Part shown: positions 12,494 through 25,296 of the stretch, piece by piece
How positions within the stretch are numbered: the stretch's first letter is position 1
How the letters are laid out: the number at the start of each line of letters is the position of its first letter
Source of the DNA: Basidiobolus meristosporus CBS 931.73
Taxonomy: Eukaryota; Fungi; Basidiobolomycota
Direction: 5' to 3'
Assembly (NCBI GenBank): GCA_002104905.1
Contig: MCFE01000378.1
Span: forward strand, 1 to 64,000
DNA: 64,000 bases
Program-made: the position numbers and the translations under genes
The notes under the pieces: model-generated
Told to the model about the DNA's origin: nothing
Databases searched by the model: none
Seen by the model: only the letters and a program-made list of their open reading frames with translations

Positions 12494-15400
12494 CTACCTG
12501 ATGCTTAATTCCATTTGGTTGAGCTCTAAGTCATCCACAGAGATCAGGTCATTGGTGAGTCTGGACGAGTTGTGTTTTTCTAGTTGTTCTGATCCGCTGT
12601 TTCTGGTAGTGTTCAGCCGCAGTTTGCTCGGGTTGTCTCCAGGGTAGGCACCTTTGATGCCTCCGAACTTCTCGATTTCACGTACAATGTCAATATCCTC
12701 GTAGAACCATACTTGTTTGATGAAGAGTACTAAATAGCGCGGCAAGAGCGAGAGCACGACGGACACAACGAAGGTGATCCAGAAGCTAGGGGATTGCAAT
12801 ATGAACAGCCCGGTTCCGTAAGATTCTGCTAGCGTCAGAAGGGTGTAAATCAGACCGAAAAGGAACGCGATTAAGATACTCCCAAACACCGAAGCAAACA
12901 TCATCCAATTCCAGGAATAGGCGTTGATGCCGATCACCAAGCTCACAACTGTGATAAGTGTGATGGCTACACTGGTCGATAAATCATAGATCCCGGCATC
13001 TTGACCACTCCAACTAATCACATTAGTAGTATATATGAAGTAGAATGCGAAGTAGCATATGGCAGACTGATACAGGCCTTCAAAGATGTACAACCAGAAT
13101 CGCAACATACCGTAACGACTCTGGTTGATGCCAAGTTTGTACAGCTTGGGATTCTCCAAAGCATGCTCATAACCCACGGCTCGGTCGCAAGTACCGATGA
13201 TGATGACCGGGACAGTGGTGAAGATGATGTTGTAGAGCTGGATCCAAGGGTAGTCGTAGAATAAATTCGCAGAGAAGCCACAGTAGAATTGATACCATAG
13301 CACTGCCACCACCCAAATGACATTCTTGTAGAAAGAATTAAGAATCATCTCGGCAATCCGAAGGTAGGACCAGAATCCGTGTACAAGTAGCAAGTTTCGC
13401 AAATACTTGAACTGAGAGATTGTGTAATCCGAAGCCATGGCAGCCTGAAGACCTTCTTCTCCAGAGATAGCCACACCGACATCAGCAGCTTGAATCATAC
13501 TCACATCGTTAGCTCCATCGCCGATGGCCAAACAAACTGCATTCCTTCCTTTGCGGATCAAGTGGACAACCTGGGCTTTTTGTAAAGGACTAGTACGACA
13601 GCAGATAACGGATCGGCACAGGGGAGCGATCTCAAGAAGCAGTGCTCTGGTATCCATGTCGTCCAAAATAAACTTCAGCGCACTGCCATCAATCACCAGG
13701 GCGTGAAGCATTGACTCCCTACAAAAAGTGGACGAGCGACGAGGCAGAGGCATCTGATCATAATATGATGCGCTTTGACGAGGACTGGAGGGCTCCGTTT
13801 CTTCAGACACTGGTGTACCGCGGATGTTTGCAACGACGCTTAGGAATTGCTCTTTTGCGACAGATACGTCATCACCGCGAATTGTCCAGAGCTCCATTTC
13901 GTTGGTCAAGAGATTACAAGCAAACCCGATGTTGATTGCCGTCTCCATTTTATCTCCTGTAAGCACCCAAACTTTCATTCCGGCCTGTCTAAGAGATAAT
14001 ATACAATCTGGAACGTTCTCTTGAAGCTTATCCTCGATGGCTGTTGCGCCAATCAATATCAGATCCTTTTCGATTTCACTGCAGCATTCCTCCATCTCTT
14101 CATCCCTATCATCCAAGCTCGTGGAGGCTTGATGGTAACGATCTTCCCATTCTTTGTATTCCTCCTCCGAGATGATTCGGTAGCCCAGACAGAGAGTACG
14201 CAGACCTAGCAAATGTTGGGAATTAGATGCAACTCACTAGGCTTGATCTAGAATAAGCCTACCTTCGTTAGAATAATCGTCGATATGATCAGCTGTAGCA
14301 CTGATCATTTCTTCTTGATCATTAGCTAATCTCTCAAAGATGATGTTATCTGCACCCTTGCAGAATAACACAATATCATCCCAAGGCTTGGGTCTTCTAA
14401 CGATAACGGACATTCTCTTGCGAGTGCTGTTGAATTCCAGGACTTGCAATAGCTGGAAGGTAACCTCCTCTCCAAGAACATCAATGGTAATGGAGTCCTT
14501 ATTTCTACTCAAGAACGTGAAACCCAAATCTCTGGCCGCCGATACAAGCGCGTTCTCGTCGGGCGACTCTGCTCTATACATCAGCTCGTCGCTCGGGTTC
14601 AGATTCTCCTCGGCTTCAGGCTTTTCAATGATTACCGTGTGGCAGACAGCTAGGAGAGTAAGGAATTCCCGGATTTTCTGGCTTTGCGATTCGCTTAAAT
14701 CGGATTTACCATCCTCCTCCTCCCTCATATCTTCGAATATCTTAGGGTCCGCAAATGTAATGGTGTTAGGGTCTGTATTCGCATATTTGGGGGTGTATGT
14801 GCGCCTCATCTCCTCCATAAACTTCTTATACAGTTTCTCTGGATCAAAGTTGGCTTCTGATTCCGAAGGGTCAATCCCCTTCCTTACTTTGGCGCCTTTT
14901 GCGGCGTCTGTCTCGCCTTTGAGGGATTTTCCATAGGAACGACCATTGATAGAGCATCTGCTAAACTCCATGATGTTTCTGGTTAGAGTGCCGGTTTTAT
15001 CGGAGAAGATGTACTCAATCTGGCCTGAAGGCATCATCGAAATTAAAAATGAATTTAGCGAAGTTCAGAAGCCAAACGGTTTCATGGTATACCGTACCTA
15101 GATCATCGGAAAGATTCCACGATTTCGGGATGCATACAGAGTCCGTAGGTTCATAGTACATCTGAATATCTCGGTAGATGAAGTAAGCTTGCCATGTCTT
15201 GACAAACTCAATACTGACATACAATGAGATCGGAATGATATTCTGGAAAATGATTAAGCTCGCCCTATATTGCAGTCACGTTCGTTAGCTGTGTATTTGC
15301 AGGTGTGTTGCAGAGCCCATCTTACCAGAAAGTAACGAAACCAGCTTGGAACGGTGTTCCGGCTTCTGCACCCTCGATTGTGTCGGCAAACGTTGACTGA

Positions 15401-16688
15401 TTGAGCCCACTAGCGATGGCACAAATCAAACAGAGTACGATCAGAATCCCAAAATTGATTACAATCTAGATTGAAGCAAGAATATCAATACAACCACTTG
15501 GCAAGCATTCAAAGGCACCCTTCGACTAACCTGCTGGTTCATGGTTTTCTCAATACAACTTCTCTTTGACGGGGTATTGCCAGAGTTCAACATGATTTTG
15601 GTGTCTCCTCCGGTAAATACGACCACGCCGATCACGTACCCGGTATTCCTTAACACATGGCCACGTAATAGTGTGTTGTTGATATTGATGGGGACTAATC
15701 TGGAATTCTTGGAGTCATCGTCGCCAGAGGTTGGAGCGGAGTTTATGATGTGCATTGTCGCTTGATAAGTGTAAAGATGTGACGAGGGTGGATCGGACTC
15801 GATGAAACACTGGAAGCCAACGCAATCTTGGGCCGTCTTCATGTAAGAAGTTTCCTCAAGACACACCCTGGTTTTCAGATTAGTCTCACCGTCCAGCTCT
15901 TTGGTTTCTATAAAGCATTCACCATCCTCTTCAGATGTCGCTAAGATGATCATGTCCGCCGGTACAGATTGGTTGTTTTTCAGGAACACCAGGTCACCTA
16001 CACGGATATCCTGCCACAAAGTAGACGAGAACTCGGCATTTGGTGCATGCACAGGTGGGGCTTTTTGGGTTTGAAGATCCTGGACGTCGCCATCCGCGTC
16101 CCCCTGATCCTTCCCAAAGCCGAATAACCCAAACTTGGTGCAAGGGAACAGCAAGAAATCACTGATGGAATATGCAGCACGCTTCCAGATGCTTATATTG
16201 CGTTCCGGGTAGTTAGTGTTGATCCAGTTTTTTAACGTTTGCGCTCGTGAGCTGTTGTATCTTTTGTCGGAAACGTGTCGCTTATAGTCCTCGAAGCCAT
16301 CCTTAATGGCAGTGATTCCTATCACTGTGGAGATTGGCAGAACCACAAACACTGGACTGCCAACATCGAAATATGGCAGTAGCTGCAATATGGCTAAGAA
16401 CAAGAAGTAAACGTTCGCAATGCGTCGGAATTGCTCGAACAGGTTCTTCGGAATAAATGATATGATGGTGTATTTCGAAGTGCGGATTCTATTACTGACA
16501 AATTGTGTTTTGGGCAGCCCATGCCGATTTAGTGCAGTGGGAGGTAAATTTACATTAACATATACTCTTCTGTTGCCGAAACGCGGGTGGCGTGAAGGTG
16601 AACGTAGAAGAGTTTGCTCCAAACGTTTACGTTGAGCTTGTTGTCTGTGTCTAAGAAGATGCTTTCTTCCAGGTATTAACCTCACCAT
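12494..16688 (-). CDS. P4-type ATPase phospholipid flippase, DNF1/DNF2-like, multi-exon
   Basis: KNLFEQFRRIANVYFL, ELDGETNLK, FSDKTGTLT (phospho-Asp), KGAD, LTGDK, VICCRTSPLQKA, IGDGANDVSMIQAADVGV, then C-terminal TM helices. Confidence 0.97.
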
Positions 16689-19600
16689 CGATATATATGT
16701 AGTAAAGGTTCAACACTTAAGAGGCTCGTTCGATTTGGGAACTAGAAAGAGGTTCTCGTTAGCAACTGTCGAGTCGAGTCGTATTGCTAGAAACCTCGAC
16801 AATACCGTTAACCTCGACTATATTAGGCTATTAATATGCTCTACTATTAGTTCTGCAATGTGTCTACCCTCACTGGAATATTTACAGAGAAGCAGAAACA
16901 CAGTGTAGAGTGGAGGTCAATAGAAGAGCGTCTCAGATACGTGAACGTGTGTAGAAAATGCGGGGGTATTTCTTCGTGATGCTTAACCGACGGGATTAGC
17001 GCAAAGGCAAGAGCCAAGAAGGGAAGAATGAGAGTGAGGAAAGGAAAGGAGTATAAGAGGAAATAGTCTGGAAAAAATTGAATTTATTATTACTATTAAT
17101 GACCATATAGAAAATTAAAGATCGATAATTCAAATATAGGAATCGTATTGGGTTGCATTCTAAAGTTAGCAATAGCGTCTCCAGTTGAAGGGAGGATGAT
17201 CGGGACGGAAATTATTCTTTTTTCCCGGATGTGATGCATGATCTCACAACATCCTGAGAAATTCCATACTAGATTTCCTTACTGTGCCGTCACTCGGGTA
17301 ATTTGCAGTACCCCACCCAGTCGTGTTTAGCCTTCCTCTTGTTGCTGGGCATGCATCAAAGCCACAGGCGATGTAGACGTACTAGAGGCCTCGGTTGTTG
17401 AAGGGGTACGCTAGTAGCACATTTGCCTTTCAATGAGTTAGCAACAGCCCTATCCACACACCCAAATCGACTGATACCATTAAAATGGCGATTATTAAGC
17501 TTAACAATATATATACATGAAAACCGTCAAAAATAGAAATCCACCAAAGACTACTTCCTATTCGGGGTTGGCGATGATGAAATGAAACACAAATTAAACA
17601 AAGGCAACATACAACGCAATGATTCTTCATTGCTGCTGCAAATAATAAAAGCATCTTGATCCGATCGGAAGGGATCCCTAATCTTCCGCGATAGACAATG
17701 GCTGCACATGTGGAATAAATCCGAGAAAAACGACGCCGCGTTTGCACCATTCAGCAAGGCGGGATCAAAGGTGGGCCCAGAGAATGATCGTACGCATATG
17801 GCATCAAAGCTTTTGCGTCAATAATGGAGGGGCGCTAAGGGCCAGTCCACGGGGTCGACTTAATCGATATACATTTTGTAATCAATGGCTGTGTTGGATT
17901 TGCTGTAAGGATGGTTCGGGTAACCAAAAATAGCTCTCTCGTCATCCAAATCCGATTTCAGCTTGCTCAATTGGACTACTACGTAACTAATTTTAGACGG
18001 CAGGATAAAACCATCATGAAACACACCTGATTAAAGGCATCTTGGCAATCTCGTGGAAAGGGCCACTGGCTACTGATTACTAGCTGCATGACCCGAGTGA
18101 TGTTTACCCAAACGGCCCCTATTGTGCGGATCTTGACATGTCGAGTTCATCCAATTTGACGGGTATTCAGTGCCCTGCTCACCACCCTTTTGACTCTTGA
18201 TTGCCCATTAGGCAGTCATCCCAGCAAAGTTGCGGTGCTTCGGGATGTCTGTGGTTCATTCATGTAGCTTAAATAAATGCCTTGGCTTGGCCAGGCCACG
18301 GTATAGATGATGATTGGCCCAGTTCTTACGCCCGTTGCAATATACGTGTATTTGAAACTCGACGTGGTTTGTTGGTGGTCAAGGAGATCTTGTAAACAGG
18401 CTGGCCATCTCCAGGTATGATTGTTCAGGCTTACGATATGCTGGGAAAGTATAAAAAATTCACCCCCAGCTGAACACGGAGGCTTCGGTTGCACACTTGA
18501 CACGCTGGCTGGCTGGAACATGTGTAATCTGGTCGAGTCAGGATGGGCTTGCTGAGAATGAACTCATGAGCACTCCCAACTAAATAACACAGGCCGGCAA
18601 TATGTCACGGGGTCGGCTGACTGTTTAGGAAGGTGCCAAAGTGAAGGTAGAAGGCAATCAGGAAGGTATTGAGGGGGCAATAGTTTCATGGAAGGGAGAC
18701 TTAAGCCAATTGGCTAAGGTCGACGAAGTGATTTCTGTATGTGGAGAGCAATAAATGAATGTGATTTGGTTGTTTGACAAAATGCTGCCGATGTAGGGTC
18801 TAAATGATGTAAATATCATCAGGTCGCTCAACACTCCAAAAGGGACTAGTGATATGTAATGACATGAGAAATCAGCACTTTATGACATCTTGGTTGTATC
18901 ATGGGTGGAAGATGTCATGTAGGCCTCTGGAAATTTGCTTGCTCAGTTTGATGTGCTATGAGCTCAGCCTCGGCCAACCCTTATGAACAATATGAGATTT
19001 CAAGAATGATGCTGGGGTTTTAGGTTAATGCTGTTTGTACATAATCTACCCATTTTAAAGCCCAGCTGTAGCCCTTGGTGAGCCTTAAATTCATACCTAG
19101 CTCGTCACCAGCGAGGTTATCTGGTCAAGCCGAAGAAATACGCAAATACACCAAACCAATGAGACACGTGGCTTTTGCAGCCATGCATCAATTCTCTATG
19201 AAAGCATGCTTCACGCTGGCAATGTATTAGCAGTCCAACTTGAAGCGATGCCTGAATTTCCGCGCCTTCATGCAAGCATTGAAAATCAATCGCACATCAA
19301 GTAAAGTCATGATTGGCAAACATTCGGCTAAGCACCACCAGCCCAGATATCAAATGACTTCTGGATCTCCATATACTTTATTTCACTCTGCATAGGCTAT
19401 TTAATTGTCTGATATCACGGCCTCAGCCAAGTAGATGCACTCACCGCTGCAACAAATTGATTATTCTTTTGTTTGATATACATAGGCTTGAGGGTGTATT
19501 ATTTGTCTTCTTGGCGCTTGGGTCATCTGAACACATACTTGTATCGGTAGCATTTCTGGATTTGGAGTTTCGGTTCTTTCATCTCCACAGGACCTGGACT

Positions 19601-19700
19601 GTAGGTAAGCTTTGATGAGAGCCAACATCGTACAATAGATGCCAGTTCAGCTAATCCCACTGTTTCCCGGTAGCTCTGTGTAACACCGTCCTATTATTGA

Positions 19701-21074
19701 ATGGCCAATTCAGAGACCGCGGCCCCTTTATCGAAGAGTTTCCAGAAAAACCATGATGGGACCTTGCAAAATCTTTATCGTTTATTCTCTCGATTCGCGG
19801 AAGTGACTGATTCATTCGATATCCGATCGCCGGTTAGTCGTTGGTATATGTTAGCCATCGTATGCCAGTGGTATGTAGATAAGGGCCATCTAAGCGAAGA
19901 GGAGCTTGAAAGATATTTTCACAAGGTATCCAGAGATATGAGCGGCATATTGAAGATTAGTCCCCGAACAACAGAGCCTTCGACTAGCATAACTGAGCAA
20001 GCTCGGCTAGTTTTGAAAAAAATGGAAGGGTTGGAGTCTGGAGTTCTTCCACCACTTGGTCATGAGAGCTTCATGTTCAAGCTGAAATGTTTAAGTAACG
20101 GTCATGATCAGCCGTATAGTCGATATCAAGCGCAAATGACTTTACGTCGCAGAGGATCCCTAAATGAAGCGCATATCAGCAGAGGCGAAGAGGCTGGAAA
20201 CAACGTAGTACGAGGGCACCAACGTAGCAGTAGCTGGCCCAACTCTCCAATGTTCACCGCCATCAAGCCGCCTAGCTACGAATCATTGACAGAGTGTTTG
20301 CCCAAATATTCGTGCTCCGTTCACTACGAAGGATATCTTCATAGAAAAATGGAATTCAATGAGCATGGTGATCTTGCTAGTGACAGATCTTGGCGGTAAA
20401 AAACCTATATGCTACTAACTCTATGAAATGAGTATTTACCATCTTGAATCTGAAGCAAACTCTACTTTGTATTGTGGGGGACCAGCTTGCGACTGTACAA
20501 ATACAAACCAACCCAACTTTACGTTAGTACAATACCTCTAATCGATTTTGAATCCTGATTATATATATCACTAAACTTACCAGCATGGGTCAGTGTCCTG
20601 ATCCTTTTGAGACTCAAAGTATGCAAAAAACAAAAGTCGGCCTGGCAATAGATTATCAGAAGCGAAAACATGTGTTTAGGGTAATTTGTGCGATTACGAG
20701 GCTATACCTCACAATATACTCTAACAGGTCTGAGGACAGGTCCGGATCGGCGACAGCCAATTTTTACTCCAAGCAAAAACCCGGAAGGAACTTTTGGATT
20801 GGATCAACCAGATACAAGCGTCTATCAACATCGCCTCGCCTTTGGAATCAAGGGTAATCTTTCGAATTGTATTACCGAATTTTTGAGCGGATTATTGACA
20901 GCTCCATCTAGAGAATGCCCACATTTACCACCTCCCCCCAAGCTGTTCATGGTTTTTAAGCCATCATTGGCGGTAAAGCTATGGGCCATCAAGTTAGCTT
21001 CGCCTCAAAGCCGTGGCGCTATCCCCTTTGTTAGGAATATTTATATTGTGAATACACTTCAGTTTTCGAGGTAA
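19701..21074 (+). CDS. PH-domain-containing protein, multi-exon; 3' end uncertain
   Basis: PPSY, then YEGYLHRKME...DRSWR, LYFVLWGTSLRLYKYK, VGLAIDYQKRKHVFRV, FLLQAKTRKELLDWINQIQASINIA across short introns: fungal PH-domain pattern. Confidence 0.75.
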
Positions 21075-21381
21075 ACCTTGGGGGAAGCTGGGCCCTCGAA
21101 GCCTTTGTATAATTCATTTCTTGTCGTTTGAAAATATGAATAAAATTTGGTATTATTTCCAATGAATTTGCACTGTTTAATCAAGCTTACAAAATACCTA
21201 CAAACATGGCAGTTACTACGATAGCATATAGTTCATTATGGACCAATACAATTAAGCGGCTAGCATTTTGATGGTATTATTGATACTATTGGTAAAAATA
21301 TCAGGGATTCGGCCGCCTTAGATTCTTGGGTATTTTGGCCCAACTCTCCAACACTTAGACTTTCTTTCTTTTATTCATCAC

Positions 21382-22413
21382 ATGAAACGTAAAGATCAAG
21401 ATTTAGAGTTTGATTTTTCTGAAGGTCTCGAACAGCCAAAAAGACGCAGAGGTGCTGTTAATCTCGATGGCTATGGCAGTGAGGCTTCAAGCTCCGATTC
21501 TGAAGAAGAAGAGGTAGCTCCTAATGCCGATAACAAGCTAGATATGAACGAAGTGGAGGGCGAAGTGTCTGATTCAAACTTTGATCTGAACGAAAATGGT
21601 GAACCGCTCATGGAGGCATTCAACATGAAAGAAGAATTAGAAGAAGGCTCCTTTGATTCTCAAGGAAACTATGTAAGAAACGATAAGGATCCAAACGCAT
21701 TCCATGACAATTGGTTAGAAGGGGTCACTAAAACCGATATGGAAAAAGCCAAAAAGGCTCAAGAAAAACAGGATGCCATTCGGCGCTCCGAACAAAATAA
21801 GGACATGCGGGACTCGAATCAATGGACCGTAGAAGAGCTACAAATGGAGATTTTAAACCTTATGCAACCCCATGAGACGGTTTTGAACGCTCTATCAAGA
21901 TTAAATGGCGGCAGAAAAAAAATATCGCGTAACCAGCAGCTTAAGAATAAGAAGAAGGGCAACGAAACCAAAACAGAATCAGCCGTAAGTAGCGCAGTCG
22001 AAGAGAAGAAAAAGAAAGCTATAGAGAGGATGACTGATCTTTGCGATCGCATGATGGCTGCTGGAAAGTTCAACATTTACGAGCAAACATATGAACAGAT
22101 CGTGCGCCTTTTGCGTATAGAGGAAAGAATTCCCGATGACTGGATTCCAGGCACACAATTGATTACAGCATTCAGTGAGTTACCCGATATTGATATAGAC
22201 GATGGAGCTGCAGCCGACGCCGACATTGCCAACGAACTGTGGGAGTACAAGTGGGTTGGTGTAGATAACAATGATGGGACATATGGCCCGTACCCTACTT
22301 CTGAAATGAAGAGTTGGCAGGAGCAAGGGTTTTTTGACGGAGGTAACATTGTTGTTAGAAGAGCCGATCAGCCTGATGCCCAATTTGTTGACTTGAAATC
22401 TGTAAATTTCTGA
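21382..22413 (+). CDS. LIN1: LIN1/CD2BP2 (U5 snRNP 52K) family GYF-domain protein, single exon
   Basis: Acidic N-terminus; EAFNMKEELEEGSFDSQGNYV, DNWLEGV; C-terminal WEYKW...YGPYPTSEMKSWQEQGFF. Confidence 0.9.
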   Translation: MKRKDQDLEFDFSEGLEQPKRRRGAVNLDGYGSEASSSDSEEEEVAPNADNKLDMNEVEGEVSDSNFDLNENGEPLMEAFNMKEELEEGSFDSQGNYVRNDKDPNAFHDNWLEGVTKTDMEKAKKAQEKQDAIRRSEQNKDMRDSNQWTVEELQMEILNLMQPHETVLNALSRLNGGRKKISRNQQLKNKKKGNETKTESAVSSAVEEKKKKAIERMTDLCDRMMAAGKFNIYEQTYEQIVRLLRIEERIPDDWIPGTQLITAFSELPDIDIDDGAAADADIANELWEYKWVGVDNNDGTYGPYPTSEMKSWQEQGFFDGGNIVVRRADQPDAQFVDLKSVNF

Positions 22414-22932
22414 CCACATATCTACCACTTATTACCGAAACAATATTACCTGGATTCTAGCAATGCTGGATAATATAACCACCAAGGTGGATGGTATGAA
22501 CTGTTGCTGGCATAAAGGGAGAGGGGGTGTATATCATTGGGCCGCCTGCCTATGGTAAAGCAAAGATGTCACCTACATGGTGCTTGTGTGCACCAAATAA
22601 ATTATTATTGACCCTAAAGGCAATTATGATGACAAGAGACAAACTGGTAACATGCCACAAAGCCACAAACTTTGGCTGTGAGAGGGATTGTTGAAGAGCG
22701 GATCAGTTGGGTTCTTCAGCCGGACGTATCTGTGATGGTAGTTGTTATCTGATACCTGTTCAGCAATCTCACCTATTCCATCTCGGGAATTTTGGAAAAG
22801 TTGGTTGACAAATGCTGACACAGATTGGCACCAGTCACCGAAATCGATTTCCATCGAGAGGTCTGTGAATATTCCAACCATCTAAGCTGTTGCTTGATGA
22901 CCCAAAAGGTGAGGTGAGACGACGCAACAGCC

Positions 22933-23819
22933 TTAGGATCCAATAATACCATCTTCAGGACTGTCTAACAATGGGAAGATATTTCTGTTAGTGTCATGGG
23001 TCTGAGCCTCTTGTGATACCGGAACGGCGTATTTCCAGATACGCCAAGAATGTTGGTTGATTTTCTCATCATTCAAGCCAAGAGGTGCCGAATAGTCCGC
23101 AGATCCCCAAGTCGCATACAGTCCTCACCTACCTTGAATGTACGCCACCGACATTCATCCGAAATTCTCTATTCTTTGTCAAATGGTTGTACACGTTTTA
23201 CAAACCGACCTCCCTACTGATGGCGGTCAAATCTTGAAGCTACCCATCCAATCCAGTGGACTTATTCCATCGCTCAGATATATCCGCCACCAGATCTGTA
23301 AACGCATCGATCATGGTGTTTGGAGTACACGGGCAAAGCTAGGCATGGTCAGATCAGCCTTTCATCGCATTGATGCGATTCGAGATGATAAGCAAAGTAA
23401 TCCCAAGACCTAACGGATGGCTAAAACATCAATCTATGTGTCTCCATCAACCACCTTCCCAATTGAGGAATAGGAGATAGCCCAAAAGCCAAATACGAGA
23501 TTGGCAAGGCTGTAGAACGTCGCTAATGAAGATCAATGATGTATGTTTAGTCATGCTAGACAGCCCAAAGGAAGTAGCGCCTCGAATGAATCTTGAATCA
23601 GTAACACCTGGAGCAAAGTATGTATGTGAGATCCATCGAACTAATCCATTCATGGGGTAATAAGAAAGAACCCAAGCGCAGTCAATACAGAATCTTGAAC
23701 GCACGTCATTGGCTTGTATCTCGTTCAGAGTTGATTGATCTCTAATTTAGAAACCTACATGGCAGCAGATCACATGAAGCGTGAGCTGGCGATAATATGG
23801 GAGTTGGGGGAATATGCAT
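22933..23819 (-). CDS. Possible hypothetical multi-exon gene or pseudogene
   Basis: Coding-like segments (LANLVFGFWAISYSSIGK; LYATWGSADYSAPLGLNDEKINQHSWRIWKYAVP...GIIGS*) with splice-like sites, but no clean spliced model found. Confidence 0.22.
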
Positions 23820-24241
23820 AGCCTCGAGTGAGCTTAATAGGCTAGGCATTGCAGAGAACACCTACTTCTCTGCTGGCTATCCAACACTACAGATGACTGA
23901 TAAGGATGACGTATAGTCAGCGACAACTCCTGACAAAGTGGGATTCGCGATTCGACAATTGCGGATTTGAAACTGCGGTCGAACACAACAAATGTATTAT
24001 GCAACACGTTAACAACGTTCCACGCCAACATGGATGATTCATTCAACATTCTCGTGCCAACAATTCACTACATTCGTATTTTACATGATACTGGAGGGGA
24101 GGACAACTCGTGGATGGCATGAACACAAGCCAGGTCTTATCCGGATCATATTCGATGGTTTTCTACAGACACTGAATGGGGTCGATGGATTTGAATTTAC
24201 CGTTAAAAACAGGAGCTCTATCCTAATTAGAGTTACCCACG

Positions 24242-25296
24242 TTAGACCACCTCGTAAGCAGGTGGTAATGGGCATGTAGAGCCAATTGAGTTGTAAGCCG
24301 GTGGTGCTAGTGTCACCTCGCTGAACTCCAATGGTTGTACAACAATGGGAAAGCGGTGAATAACAGTGTCTAGGACAAGGCCGCCTTGGGAAATGCAGAA
24401 TTTCACGACAAGTTTGTGGCTGACCTCGATGTGATCCGGACCACAGTCACTCTTGACAGAATCGGGTACCTGAACATGGATGGTTGCCTCCCAGTCGCTT
24501 ACATTTTCCGGGCGTGAATAATCCTGGGCGAGGTCGGAAAGCCTTTTGCTCTGGACTGAAGGGCGGACGAAGCTTGCACTACGATAGATCGTATATTCAC
24601 GCATGCTCGCATGAATTCTATCCACCTCTAGAAGTGGATCGGTTATGTAGAAGTGGAACGTAACAGGAAACGTTTCACCAGGGGCAAAGGTGGTGGAGGG
24701 AATGGCGGCTTCGTAATACATCCGCGATGCCCACGTTCCCGATATCATGGTGTTTGGAGAATCGGTGAATTCTAGCGTAGAGGGAAGTGGTACTCGATGG
24801 ATGACCAGGGGACGGGAGATTTTAGTTGTACGATGAAAACCAGGCCTTTCAAGAACAGCGTACAGTTTGTAGATGATTTTTCCATGGGAAACCTTGACGC
24901 TTTCTGGCAGTTTTCCGCTCAACGGATACTCAAAATCGTACTGATATCTCCCCTCCTCAAGGGTATGTAGCTGGTGCGAGCGCTCAAGGATAGGCCATGT
25001 TTGATCTATTAATGACTCCTCCCTCCTAGGCATATCTAGGAAACGAGTTTCATTAGCAGCTGCATTGCTCGGGCATGACATGACATTGAACCTTTCATAC
25101 CGCTATTCATCTTAAGCTTTAGCTTCCCCTTAAGTCTTAGAAAAAGTGTCTTCACCTTTGTTTCTTTCTCCAGGTTTACTTTCAAAGTACCGCGAAGAGC
25201 ACAGCCAACCGATTGGTCTGCTGTGCCATGCATGGTAAGTGTGTCCTCATTCAGAACGATTTCAAGCATATTAGATGGTTGTATATTCTCCTGCAT
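24242..25296 (-). CDS. Alpha-arrestin (ART/Rod1-like trafficking adaptor), 2 exons
   Basis: LRGTLKVNL...LFLRLKG; YQYDFEYPLSGKLPESV; IIYKLYAVLERP; IEVSHKLVVKF; terminal PPAY motifs twice. Confidence 0.88.

Noticed and set aside
14340-14936. 198-aa plus-strand ORF and similar ORFs opposite other genes
   Set aside because: Antisense to well-supported coding exons.
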